This document shows, piece after piece, positions 37,685 through 50,407 of a stretch of 64,000 bases of DNA (within the stretch, counting starts at the first letter, position 1; each line of letters starts with the position of its first letter). The notes under the pieces were generated by a model, which saw only the letters and a list, made by a program, of their open reading frames with translations, ran no database searches and was not told the origin of the DNA. The translations under genes were made by a program, and so were the position numbers. This DNA is from Bispira polyomma. Lineage: Eukaryota. The DNA is taken from the NCBI GenBank assembly GCA_965649765.1, contig OZ287748.1, positions 36,084,001 to 36,148,000 of the forward strand. The letters run 5' to 3'.

Positions 37685-38280
37685 GGTCTCTGTGGCCCAG
37701 CGGTTAAAGTGTTGGACTTTGGATCTGAGGGATCTTAAGGTTCGATTCTCGCTTCAGGCCTGAAGAATGTACCCACTGGACAAGGTGCTTTACACAAAGA
37801 TATCCATCTCTACCTAGGCGTAGAAATTGGTACCTAGCCGCTAATGGGTGTTAGTCCAGGGTAGTAGCCAGGATTTTTCATTTGGTACTCGCAAATTAAA
37901 CCAATATATTAGGTTGGTTTTTAGGCCTACCAAAAATTCAATTCGTGAGGGGGGGGGGGGGGGGGATATAATATCATAAATCATAAATCTATGTTACTAC
38001 TAAACAAACAGAATAAAGAGAAATTTTGATTTATTGTTTTTTTTTTTTTAGTTTTTTTATTTAAATTTTTTTTTCTGGTCATTAAATTGGTATGCCTGGG
38101 CGTACTGGCGTTAACGGTAGCTACGCCCCTGTAGTCTTTGTGCGCCATATGTCGCAGAGGGAGCTAAGACTAAACAATTGGTTGACAAGTGAAAGAACCA
38201 AGGCTGGGGGGTGTAAACTGTAACGTCGGATGATATCTCAATAGAGGTGATATCAGATTATAAACCAACATTTACATATA
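37685..38280 (+). mobile_element. tRNA-headed SINE with a Nin/Deu-type central domain, split by a MITE
   Basis: A box tggcccagcgg, B box ggttcgattc, ggacaaggtgctttacac and acctaggcgtagaaattggtacc; continues after the MITE with tgcgcc...agggagctaag; domain assignment from memory. Confidence 0.65.
37857..38131. mobile_element. MITE (CAGGGG... termini) inserted in the SINE
   Basis: TIR caggggtagtagc / gtagctacgcccctg; flanking direct repeat tagtc on both sides; related copies at 48525 and 53593. Confidence 0.85.
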
Positions 38281-39229
38281 CTATTCTGAATAACAAACAT
38301 TTAAAAAAAAAAAGCCCAGTGAAAAGCCATCCTTAAATACCCTTCATCAGAAAACCCGAACATGGTCTTTGTAGATTATTATTTAGTTTTAGTTTCACTT
38401 TCAACAATATAGTATATTGTGATGGGTAGTTTATTTGTGGATAAAAACACCTGGGTCAAGGTCAGATGGTGTGCTGATAGTTGTGGGTCATATGGTGAAT
38501 GTGAAAAGAAACATTACAGAATGTTTCCCAAATAGGGTATCGTGTTAACGATGGGTCCCCACATTAAATATGTAACCATCAAAGATTACCTCCGCTTGTC
38601 ACAGAAAAGTTTAAATTAGTAAAGATACACTGCTATCAAACCAAAATCTGAACCATATGTATCAATGCCCAATGTTTACATTGGCAAAAAATCAGGCATT
38701 TTTAATAGTGCATTGGTAATTATAACTATAATACTTCGTTGTTTGTTTGAATTGTGGTTTGTAAAATGAGTAAAACAAACAAATATCAAGGTACATTTTA
38801 GCAATATACTGGGGAGGTTGTATATTTATTATACCAGATGTAATTAGCCAGATACTGTTGGATTACTCCAATATCTTTTATTTGACACACGAGGCGAGGT
38901 TTCGTCTAAAACGCGCCCCGGAGGTGAGCGACATTAAAGGATTTATAGTGAAAATACTGTATCGATACGTACTTATAACTTCAAATTAATTTAATGTATT
39001 GGCTTAACAATATTGTACTTCCTTGAATATTATTATTGTAATTGTTTTACTTGGATCCCATGGTCAATTTTGTACCAAGATTGTCAATAATTACCATTTA
39101 AAATGTGACGGCCAAATGATAACCAAAGGCAGTCGGGATATTTAAATAAATTAAAATATAGATCCTATTATATATACATGATTTTATGTTTTTTCCCCGG
39201 GTTGACCAAAAAAAAAAATTTTTTTTTTT

Positions 39230-39253
39230 CTTGGTAGACAGGTCGACAGGTTG

Positions 39254-39296
<43 letters not shown>

Positions 39297-39970
39297 ACAG
39301 GTAGACAGGTTAACAAAAAAAAAAAAAAAAAAAAAAAAAAATTAGGTACACAGGCCGACAGGTAGACTGGTAGAAAATTTCTACTAGAAATTTTATTTTT
39401 TTTTCAGTTGGACAGGTAGTCAGGTCGACAGGGAGACTAATTTTTTAATTATTTAAGAAAGATAAGCTGTCAAGTCAAAATTATTTTAGGCTTAAGGGGT
39501 TAGGGGATTATATCTAACTTTATGTATAAGAGATATTTAGGCTAAAGAATGATGGCTAACTCCTCTAAGCCCTAAACCTAAACTGTAACTTTAAGTGTAA
39601 GAGATATTTAGGCTAAAGAATAATGGCCAACTCCCCTAAACCCTAACCCATAAAAAATTATCTTCAATCAAAAAATTAAAAAAAATTTTTTTTTTAACTT
39701 GTCCACCTGTCGGATTACATGTTGACATGTCGACAGATAGACAGTTGACTATTTTTTTTTTTTACTTTTAGGTAGACAGATTGACAAAGTTGACAGGTAG
39801 ACAGATAATATTTTTTTAATATTTAAATAGGTTGTCAAATAATTTCTTTTTTTGTAACTTATATGTTGACAATTGTATTTTAGGTTACAGGTAGACAGGT
39901 AGACAGATATTTTTTTTTTTTGTTTAACTTATACATTGACAGATAATATTGGTTTACTTTTAGGTAGACA
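39230..39970. repeat. Region of repeated (g)tagacagg / gtcgacagg motifs, probably a non-autonomous DNA element
   Basis: More than 15 GACAG-containing motifs in both orientations; internal ~60-bp duplication 39522-39650. Confidence 0.55.
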
Positions 39971-42715
39971 GCTTGAGAAATAGATACATGTCTCTGAGAT
40001 TTGTGACCGCAAGGTCACTTTCCTCTTGTTAATGTGTATATTACCTCTACAAATGTTCTTAAACCAAACATAGATTTTTTCCCTGCAAAAACTGTATAAG
40101 TGGGAAATTGTAAGTGGAAGCATATTTCACAAATTTACAGTTTCGAGAAGTTCATTTCCATTATTGGCTATTTTTAGTTTTTAAACTATTACAATTTCAC
40201 ATGTGTACTCTCCCAAGTCATTAGCTAAAATAGCAACAACAAAAATTAATTCCTTCTGAAATTGGTCACTTATACAGTATGTTCTAAACACTGGAATCAC
40301 TAAAGGTGTGACGTGTTGATTTTTCTACCTCTTTCCTCAAAAACAGGGCCTTGTTGCCCTATGACAGCATCTCGAAAAAGCTGAAGAAGAAAACTTCTAA
40401 AAATAGAGGACCATCATGATGGTGCCTTGGTCTCTCCAGATGGTATTTTGTTTATTAAAGATAATAATGATGTGTTATTTAGTGGACTCACTTAAACATT
40501 TGTCTTGTGCAACCTTTAGGCCATCCAGTAAATATGGCTTAAGCCCTGGTCCCACCAAATTCACGTTAATATGTGTTAATCACGCAAGGTTCTGACAGAT
40601 ATTTGATGTAAAACTCTATGGAAAAGTTGAAATAACCCTTTTCACACACATAAATTGACGTAAATGTACATGAGAACCTGTCGAACCTTGCATCTTAACT
40701 TTAGTAGCCCCCAAAAAGCATATGTAGTTATACGCCAATACACATAGGGAGACGCTTTATTGTTACATCCCATATAATACTTTTAAGCATGTTGTTAACG
40801 TTAGATGTACGACTATTTGCATCTTATATGTGGCTTGACCGCATTACCACATAAACACTTGTACAGTTACGCACAGTTACAAATTAACATGTCATCATAT
40901 GTCAACTGTCACAATATTACTGGTAATATTGACGCTGACACATGTTACATTTCTTTTTGATTATATGCCTTGGAAACGGTTTTTAGTTTTCTAGGCGCTA
41001 TAGGAGTTATTACATTAGATTACAAAGATAACATATCTTTCTGTCAATACAGTATTTCAATCCTTGATGCTAATATCTCTTTTCATAAAGATTCTTACCT
41101 GTTCCCTCAAAACAGTTTCTTGCTCCTTAAGATAAGTTAATATGCCCTTCCCTCAAGATAATATTGCATGCCCTCAAACACTACTTTGTCATTACCTAGC
41201 GATACTATCTAATTCCCTGCAAAATAGTACCTTCTCCGTCATTTCATGGAACAGGTCTTTTGGGTACTTTTTTATTGGTTTATCAAAGGGTATAAATAAA
41301 TTATAAGAAAGCTTACAGTGTCAGAATTCTTAAAGGTTTTTGCGGATGGTTGGGTAGTAACTGCAGAGCTTACACTATTTAATGGAGCTGTAAAAAGAAA
41401 ATTATTGAATTCTTGGTATGTATTTATTGTAAAGCTATACAACTGCAACAGTATTATCTCTGGTCATTGTAATAGTTCTCAAATCTGATTGCCTGCATCA
41501 TTTGTGTGTACTAAATTACAACACAGTGTATGATTGTCATATCCTTGCAGTAGTTAATGTATTGAATTGGTCCAGTTTGGTACTCTACTTGAAAAGGACC
41601 TTAGGTAAGTTTTGTCTCAACAGATATTGTCCTTGAGAGTCATAACAGTCAACACTTGATAACCTTATAGTGTATACAGGCTTCAAGGACAGAATCCAAC
41701 ATGTCCTTACTACTTCATGGACGTTTCCCAATATCCTGAGCCACATGTATATGTAGGGCATACACTTGTGGTGGTGGAGTCCATAACATGCTTCCCACAA
41801 CTTTGGACTTATTAACTTTCATTACGTCCAAGGGAGGGATTGAGGAGCCATAGGAACCGAGAACAAAGTTACAACTGAAAATTTAATTTACTCATAATAG
41901 TAGGCCAGAGAGAAAAGACATACTGCACTTTTATCGCACTGATCTCTAGTTTCATTAAAATCATGCATGCATTTTATTAGGGATAACTTAATATGAAGTT
42001 AGATATTGTAAGAATTCTGGTAATAAGTTTCAATACTGACAGTTAACGACAAAGTTCGAAATATCTAATATTAACCCGCCCCCCAAAACCCCCACAAATA
42101 GTCATTATTGTGAACATCATTACTTTCAATCATGAGGGATTTTTTTGAGTAATGCAGTATTGTGAAAAAAGACTGTTTGATGATAAAACATCAGGAATCG
42201 TGTATCCAGGATTTTTTTGTGGATGTTCTCCATGTACAAAACTCATTTATATTGAGATCTACATATAATTTCAGTAGTATATTTTTTGCTCTAATCTCAT
42301 TTTAAAGAAACACATAGGACAGTTTTTTTTTGTCATGAACTTCCTATGAGTCTTCTTTATGAGAAATAATGAAACCTACATATATTACTCAGTATTGTTT
42401 GGGAATAATATCCTTCTCATTAATGCCTTGATCTTTCCCTTTATCAGGTATAAGCAAAGCAGTACAATAAGTACTATTTTTCTTTAATTTACTCTCCATT
42501 AAACCTCATAAATGTGACAAAGATCACAAGATAAGCATGTCAATCCTATCCGCCACAACAATAAGGCATAAGTAAATATTTTGAAGAAAAATACCATACT
42601 CGATCCTGTCAGTAGTTGTTTCAAGTGTGAACAGATACACAAAAACGACGACATGATACGACTGATTACAGTAATCTACTTCAAATGTGCCCACACTTAC
42701 ACACTGTACCACCAG

Positions 42716-42848
42716 AGGCCGTATTCACTAAAGTTCTTATACTTAGAATTTTTGCTTAAGTATAAGGACTTTCTTAAATTCTTAGAATACATTCTTATTC
42801 TAAGTGTAAGAAGTATTCTAAGTATAGGAACTTTGGTGAATACGGCCC
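42716..42848. mobile_element. PIF/Harbinger-type MITE
   Basis: TIR aggccgtattcactaaagttcttatacttagaat / attctaagtataggaactttggtgaatacggccc; 3-bp CAG duplication. Confidence 0.8.
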
Positions 42849-43756
42849 CAGGTGTTTTCATTATTTCCATATTTAGCTGAAGGACTATCATTTGTTCTTT
42901 CAGCACTTTGGTAGGTTTTTGGACTTTTTTCACAAATTCAACTGATCCTCACACTTGTCTTAAATCTTTAAAAACTAGCTTATTGGTAAAAATAGGTGAG
43001 AACTGGCTAAACATTCAGTGTTTACAGTGGTAGTACTAGCACAAACACAATCAGTTCAGTTCAGGATCTGATAAGAGCCTATACATGAATAAATGGACCA
43101 AGATCAGAAAGCTTTTGGCAAGAGTTGTGTGAAGTCTTTTCAATGTCACCAGGCAGTGCACAGGATTTGTCATAATCGGTGGCAATTGCAATAGAGCGGG
43201 TGTTACCTCATTATATTAGTCTCTAACACACACAGATAGAGAGAGCAATTGGTGGTTTAAGGTCACTTTAAGGAGTTTTTATCTGAGCACTGTGTACATA
43301 ATAAACAACTCAGGGATTGCTATATAAGACTACTCCAGAACCTGTGTAGGACTCAGTGAAAGAGAGACTCACACACACACACACACAGTGAGAAAAAAAG
43401 GAGTGAGACAGACAGAGAGCTGATAGTGTATAGTTGGGGTGTTTTAAATGTAACTCTACTTGTGGAACTGGTGTTTTGGTATTAGTAAAGTACATATACT
43501 TCAATGAATTAACAGACTCTTATATATAGTTTAGTTATTTGTGACATTTAAATTATTTTTTGGTGCATAATACACTGTTTAAATTTTTTTAGATATTTGT
43601 ATCAGTGATAGATTGATCAATCACAGAAACATAAAACTACTGATATTTGTCTCAGTGCCAGATTGATAAATCAGTGACATAAAACTCCTGATATTTAGGT
43701 TGTATAAAAAAGAAAACGTGAGAAGGAACATACATCAAAAGCATATACAAAGCAAT

Positions 43757-44803
43757 ATGGTGTCCAGTGATAATTTAGGAAATACTAACCGTGAACATAC
43801 TGGTAAGGAAGACAGCAAGATGATGCTGACTAAAGTCAGGTACATCAACAAGAAGGAGTCTATCATGTGCTTCTGCCATCTGGATGACAAAGATCTGGAT
43901 CATGAGGTATCAACTTCTCCAGAAGATGGCAGTGAATCAGATAGTGAAATGAGCAAACATAGTGACAGTGACTCTACCGATATCCAAGCAGGGTCACGTT
44001 GTAATGGAAAATTATCAAAAAGGAAAGAAGAGAAATTGAAGAGAAAATCAGTGAGGTTTTTGTTCGATGATCATAATTTTGATGCTTCATCCACGGTCTC
44101 CGAACCAATCAAATCAGTACATACCATTGACGACCTTCATACCACCTCGTTTCTCCCACCAATTACGAATGTGTCATCAAATGTTCCTGCGGAGACATCC
44201 CAAGACGACAGCCATACCAAGGTATCCAACAAGGAACCACTAAAATGGGCCAACAAACGTCAGACAGCAGTACCAGAGAGGATGTTTAAGACTTTAAACT
44301 CCCTCAGTTTGTCTCCAAGAGTGACACGCAAAATGTCATTGGAGACCTTACATGACATTAAAAAGGCCATAGTAGAATCCAGAGAATCCATTAAGAGGAC
44401 TGGTATATCCCACCACCAGTCAAAACGTATACACCAGAGAGGGTTGCAGTCCATTCCGGAGGTGGCGCTAGCCAGGACAAAGAGACCAATGCTCCCAAGG
44501 CGGTTGATTCCAGTAGAACCTCCTCTGGTAAAGTCACCCTTAAGTATGACATTAGCCTGCAGTGATGCAGAACAAGATAGACTGGACTTTATAAAGCGGG
44601 CATTGTCACCGATGCCAGAAGGTGCCGCCAGCGAGGCCTTTAGAAACCGGGCAGCCACCATCAGTGGGGGCGAGAAGAGATCATGGCTGATAGAGAGAAG
44701 GAACTCCAGGGAAAATGTGTGGTCACAGAAAAAGACTGGACAGAGCTTGGAGCCTTATGAACAGAGTGGTGACTTCCTCACATTAGACCTAACAAGACTG
44801 TAA
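43757..44803 (+). CDS. Uncharacterised single-exon Ser/Lys/Arg-rich, probably disordered protein (~348 aa) with short linear signalling motifs
   Basis: 1.1-kb stop-free ORF, GC-richer than its AT-rich flanks; in-frame stop upstream at 43667; first ATG 43757; no TE-like domain recognised. Confidence 0.75.
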   Translation: MVSSDNLGNTNREHTGKEDSKMMLTKVRYINKKESIMCFCHLDDKDLDHEVSTSPEDGSESDSEMSKHSDSDSTDIQAGSRCNGKLSKRKEEKLKRKSVRFLFDDHNFDASSTVSEPIKSVHTIDDLHTTSFLPPITNVSSNVPAETSQDDSHTKVSNKEPLKWANKRQTAVPERMFKTLNSLSLSPRVTRKMSLETLHDIKKAIVESRESIKRTGISHHQSKRIHQRGLQSIPEVALARTKRPMLPRRLIPVEPPLVKSPLSMTLACSDAEQDRLDFIKRALSPMPEGAASEAFRNRAATISGGEKRSWLIERRNSRENVWSQKKTGQSLEPYEQSGDFLTLDLTRL

Positions 44804-47032
44804 TAGTTGTGTATATGTGTGGGGGTTAGGTTAGTTAGTATAAGTTAGTATTTATTATAGATATATGTATTATGAAGGGGTTCAATTTATGCTATTGATT
44901 GTAGCTTTTCTTTTTAGGTCTAATATTGTTTTTAAATGTATGAAAAGAGAATTATTCAGTTGTGTAGAATTATGTCAATCAAAATTGGTCATAATTTCTC
45001 CAATCTATCTTAAAAGAAAAAAGCACGATATAGTAGTATCAGAAGTTTGTAGTTTCTTCTGAAATATTATAACTGACTTGTTGAAGTATTATATTTTAAA
45101 ACCCTTAAAGAGAAGATTACCTTTGTTTTTAAAAATCTTTGTAACAGAAGTTTGGGAATAATATTTAATAATATATCAGTGATATCTAAATCATAGTATC
45201 AAGTAAAAGATGTTCAGTTTTTCATTTTAGTGTACATTGTGTCACCATATTGTGTTCACGTGGTACTGCTTTAATGCTTATATTTCGAAGAATTACTACC
45301 TGCCCAGAACTATGTTTAGCTTATAGATATGTATATATCTGATTGTTACATTGTGTAAATATCATCAGTGAAGATGTGTAATGAGTATCAAGTGAAATCC
45401 GATAGAAGGAGTTCTAAAAATAGTCCCTGTACAAATACAAGAACACTTAAGGTAGCACATAAACTTTCTTCTATCTATCGTCTTAATTATATAAATCACC
45501 GGCAAATACATGGTACCCCTGTCTCTCCAGGTTTGAAGTGTACTTTCAAACCTGATATAAAAGATCTATTAAACTCAAGTGATTGTTTTTTTCCTTCTTA
45601 GATGATTTACCATCCCACTTTTTGTTTGTTTCTTGTCAAGTAAATACTGTGACAAGGGTATTGCCAAATGATTACAATGATTTGTGTGATAATAAAGTCC
45701 TCAGGTGTATCAACATATGAACTAAACTATCTGGATCTGTATTAAAATTCAGTAATGTTGGTGACATTGTTCAGCTGGTATACTTTAATACAAGGGTTGT
45801 TAGGATATATACACAGTGCTTGATCATTTGGTGATTCTTATTAATGTGTACATATTTACATTTCAAAGCAGTTAAAGTGGTTGGTAAAAGCCTTATGTAA
45901 GTCAAGTATGTCAATGAATATTAGAAGTTTTCCATTTATACTGACCAAGTGTGCTTAATGTCGTGAAGCTAGGCCATTGAATGGACAGAATAATTCGTAT
46001 ACATGGAATTGGAAATTAATTGTGTTGAAATGTAGTAGAAAGGAAAAGATTCATTTAGTTTAAAATACCTCGGTCTAAATGTTTTTCAGGAAGGTCTATA
46101 TGATCACTATTCACTGAGTTAATGTCAAATGCCTGTAAGTCCTTGAAGTTAGTTCTTAGTGTCTTCTATGTCTATTATATTAAAGAACTTTTTAGTCAGT
46201 CAATTCAGATTCAGGGAAAAACTTAAATTTTTATCTGTGTTTGTAGAATATAGGGGACTTTTTTTAATGATTATATGTAGATATTCAAATACTTGTATAT
46301 GACTCAAAATAAAGAAAATGCTATTCACTATATTGTCTCTTTTGAAAAATAATGTTCTTGAACTGTTTTAGGAACTGCATATTTGAGCAGGGATTGTCGT
46401 TCTTACGCCTACATTGTTCATCTACAAAACCAGACCAAATATATCTACAATTTAATTATTCTCCCATGTATAAATTAATACATTCAACGCGTGGCCATAT
46501 TATCTCAACACGTTGATCTTTATCCATTATTGGAGATTACTTTATTCACATAAAGACATATCTTCCTTTTCCATTACAAAACAACCCATTACCTCAGTAA
46601 AGTCTTGACTCTCTTCCAATGTTTTGTCACCCCACCCATCGGAACCAAGACCCCTAGCATGGTTATGTGTTAGAAGACAGAGAAAAGAGTGAAAAGTAAT
46701 AACAGGCCGGATTAACTCACATTCCTGACAAACAGATCCCTTGTCTGTTCCACATATCTGTTTGATCCTGTTACATTTGGGTAATGAGTTAAACACTAAG
46801 TCAATATTATGTAGGGGACTTGAAACCCTGCCATAAAGACCCTTTTGTTTTGCTTTCAAAACACCACAACATATTCCTAACAATCTAACACCTCAGGACT
46901 AAATTTAGAATCCCATGGCCACATTCCCAATAAGGATCTCAATATTTGAAATTAATCACCGAAATCACTAATAATTAAAATGACTGGTGACTAGTACAGG
47001 TTCTCGTTATAAACAGTCACTTCCACACAACC

Positions 47033-47141
47033 GTTATTTGAGTTGAGTCTGAGTTTCAGCTTGAGTTTATTTCGAAAATACAACCCCTGGATTAGTATTC
47101 TCGAAATAAACTCAAGTTTAAACTCATACTCAACTCAAATA
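47033..47141. repeat. ~110-bp palindrome (MITE-like)
   Basis: tatttgagttgagtctgagttt..cttgagtttatttcga vs tcgaaataaactcaag..aaactcatactcaactcaaata; partial copies at 47214-47260 and ~56570. Confidence 0.75.
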
Positions 47142-48524
47142 TGGGCTATATGGAAATCCTTGAAGTTAGATTATGCATATATTTTAGTCTGTCCAGAGTT
47201 ATAGAAGATCTTTATTTCAGTTGAGTCTGAGTTTGAGTTAATTTCGACACTACTGCCCCTGGTATTTTATTGTCAAGAACCAGATCAGATCAAATAGTCA
47301 AAGACACAGACAAATGTTTACACCAATAATTACATTTTAACCATTTTATTAAAATTTAAGCATACATGTCATTACCATTTTACTCCAAGCAGCCTGCGGC
47401 CAACCACCGCAGCAAATACTCTAAAAGGCAAAGAAACTCCAACAAAGACTTCCAAAAAAACTGTATAACTTATGCATTCAGAGATCCAGTAAGGCAATAT
47501 CTATTGACAATTTCTTGGATCGAATAGGACACTATATAAGGCTTAAGTGATTACAAAGACATAAAATCAAAGATAAAAAAGCACATTCTTTTATTATAAT
47601 TTAATTATACATGTAACAGTATGACTTTCATTCACACAGTACTTTATTTAGTATTATGTATTATTATTATTATTATTAAATACACATGTTAACTCAAAGT
47701 ATGAACTGAACATATGTATAAATTTGTCTTATGACTGCAGAGGGGAATGTTTTCTCAATGTGTGGAGGCTTTTATCAAACTAAGAAGTTCTAATTAGGCG
47801 CATTTCTTTTGGGGCCTTCTGAAAACGGAACACTCCTTTTGAAAACGAAATACTTTTTCTTTGGAAGCTTTTCTGTTTTCAGAAGCATTCCTATGCATTC
47901 CAGAAGTGGAGACTAAATGCATAGATCACATGACTAAACCGTGAAGTTAGGTTAGTTGAAATATTTGAAAGTCACTTTTTGGAGTTATAATATATGCAAT
48001 GAAGAAGCTAAATATAGTCAAATGAGACCAATTATATATTAAATAAAGTTTATATGTTACGAATATGTACTTAATGTCAGACTTTTTTAGCGCTTATATT
48101 CGTTGTAATGAATTCTAAGGTGCAAAAAAAACCACAGCCAGAGCCGAAAATCATTGGTGACAGACAGAAGGATAAAGAATGAAAGAATTTTTGCTTTTTT
48201 ATTTTCATAGTATTTTTGTACTATTTTAAACATACATTTCGAAAACAGACATGTTGAAACCCGTTTATCTTTGATCTTTTTTTTATCTTACTGCCATATA
48301 TTTACACAAGCACAGACTGATTTTTTAATTTTTGTTTTTCATGTCTTTGTAATCATTTTCAATAGATATTGCAATGCCAGATCTCTGAACGCATAAGTAA
48401 TACAGTTTCTTTTGGAAGTGTTGGGTACACTTTCTTTGTCTTTGCAGCGGTTGTTGGCTGCAGGCTGCTTCAAGTAAAATGGTGGCGACCAGGGCTGTAT
48501 CATCCTCCAAATGATCTACTCCAG

Positions 48525-48707
48525 CAGGGGAGTAGCCAGGTTTTTTATCTGGTACTCCCAAATTAAACCAATGTATTAATGGGGAGGGGGTGGATGGGGG
48601 GGGGGGATCAGGGTAATATTTTGGTTTAATTGGGGGGTACCAAATTATTTTTATTTAACAACAGGAATCTATGTTACTACTAAAACAATAAGAATAAAGT
48701 TTAAATT
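48525..48707. mobile_element. Truncated MITE copy closely similar to the first two thirds of 53593-53870
   Basis: Colinear match over ~180 bp; right TIR missing. Confidence 0.8.
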
Positions 48708-49991
48708 AGTATGTCGTTATAACAACATAGCGTATGTCGTAATACTGACTTAGTATGTCGTTATTACACCACTATATTGTTTCTAAATTGACCCTTCCTT
48801 AATAGGCTTCAGTAGTATTAAAATTTCCTCTACTGGTTTAATGTAATTGTTTATTGTAAATTACTTCTACTGGTTTAATGTAATTGTTTATTGTGAATTA
48901 AAAATAAGCATTTTTCAAATACCATATGGTTACTCTGTTTATCCAATTATTGTTAATGTTTGTGAAATTATTGGCATGTGAAAAATAATTAATGGCAGTG
49001 CCAAAACCTTGGTTCATTATTTCACCATTTCTTCCATGAGTGGTCACAATAAGACGTATGCAAAATATAATACAATTCATGTCCCCACCTATAAACTTAA
49101 TACTTTATTTTGACCATTACCTCCATCTATGAGCTTCACTTATCTTAAAAAAACACCAGTGCAGCCGGTCTTCTAAATCATTCTACATAACTCTTAAACT
49201 TGAAAAGTTTCCTAAAGCTGTGTACAAAGTTTGATATTTTGAAATTGAGGCAATTAGCAGGCCTAGCACAATTCATACAAATGCAGGTAATTTTTACCAA
49301 ATAGAAAGCAATGCAGACCTCAATTTTTTCAGTATTGAAGTTGTTTAGTTTCAAAGCATAACTTGTAGATCTGTAATTTTACCCTAATCTTAAGGTGTAA
49401 GTAACACGGTTAAGGCTACCTTAACTTAAAGTGTATGACCTATGATAGCAGTTATCTTTAAGGTCACCTTAACCTGAGTTTAAGGTTAGGGTTGAAGTCA
49501 TACATTAAAGTTAGCTAAACCTTAGTTTAAGGTTAGGGATATGTGAAATATATGAATTTAAGGTGGGCTGAAATTTATGAAAGCATTTAATTTACATTTA
49601 CTAAGATATAAAATATTACTGATGTTTAAATATAGCACCAAGGCCTTTTGGTTGATGGAGTGATGCAACTGTAAGGGATTACAGTTGTGAACTGTAAACT
49701 GATACTGTAACCCTTCTTTATTGTTGAAAATCCAGCTAATTTATGGTCTTGCCCAACTACTGCAGAACATCTATTCTCCGAACACAAGATAAATTTCATA
49801 AAATTCATTGATCATTTCCAATAATATCATTGACCCAATAAACCTGTATATAACATTGTTGTGATGTCAGCGATAGTAATCCGACAATTCAGTGAACTCT
49901 GATTTTAAGATGGCTAAAGTGGCAGCCATTTTGCATTTTTAAATCAGTTGACCAACTCATTGACTCATTCCCATGGGTCTGCGTCAGCTTA

Positions 49992-50407
49992 TGCCCTGGT
50001 CCCACCGGATGCACGTTAGGTTAGGTTAGTCACGCAAGGGCAGTGTAAATATTTCCTGCAAAAGTTGATGCGAAACCTAAATATATTGCTTTTCTTCACG
50101 TGAAAGGCGTCAACAGATGTTAAAATTGATTTATTAGTACGTCAGAAGCTGTCAAGTCTCGCAGGGGATGCACAGTTTACGTCAAAGTATGTATTTCAAC
50201 CCTCATATGACCTGTATGAGTACGCCAATACACGTAAAAGGACGTCATAATGACGCACATTTACACACTGTGAAACGGTTTAAAATTATAAATTTCTTGC
50301 ATCTCATCTCTCACGCCAGGTTATGTATGTTTATGTACATTACGTTAACTCCTGCAAATTACAATTTTCAAACGACTTCTAACGTGACAGCCGGTGGGAC
50401 CAGGACT
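49992..50407. mobile_element. PIF/Harbinger-type MITE
   Basis: TIR gccctggtcccaccgg...cacgttag / ctaacgtg...ccggtgggaccagg; TTA/TAA flanks; a diverged relative starts at ~40542. Confidence 0.8.

Noticed and set aside
44260-44661. 133-aa antisense ORF
   Set aside because: Shadow of the plus-strand coding region
46542-46883. 113-aa minus-strand ORF as a host gene
   Set aside because: Only an LVFNSLPK resemblance to a LINE ORF2 C-terminus; more likely decayed LINE, too weak to annotate
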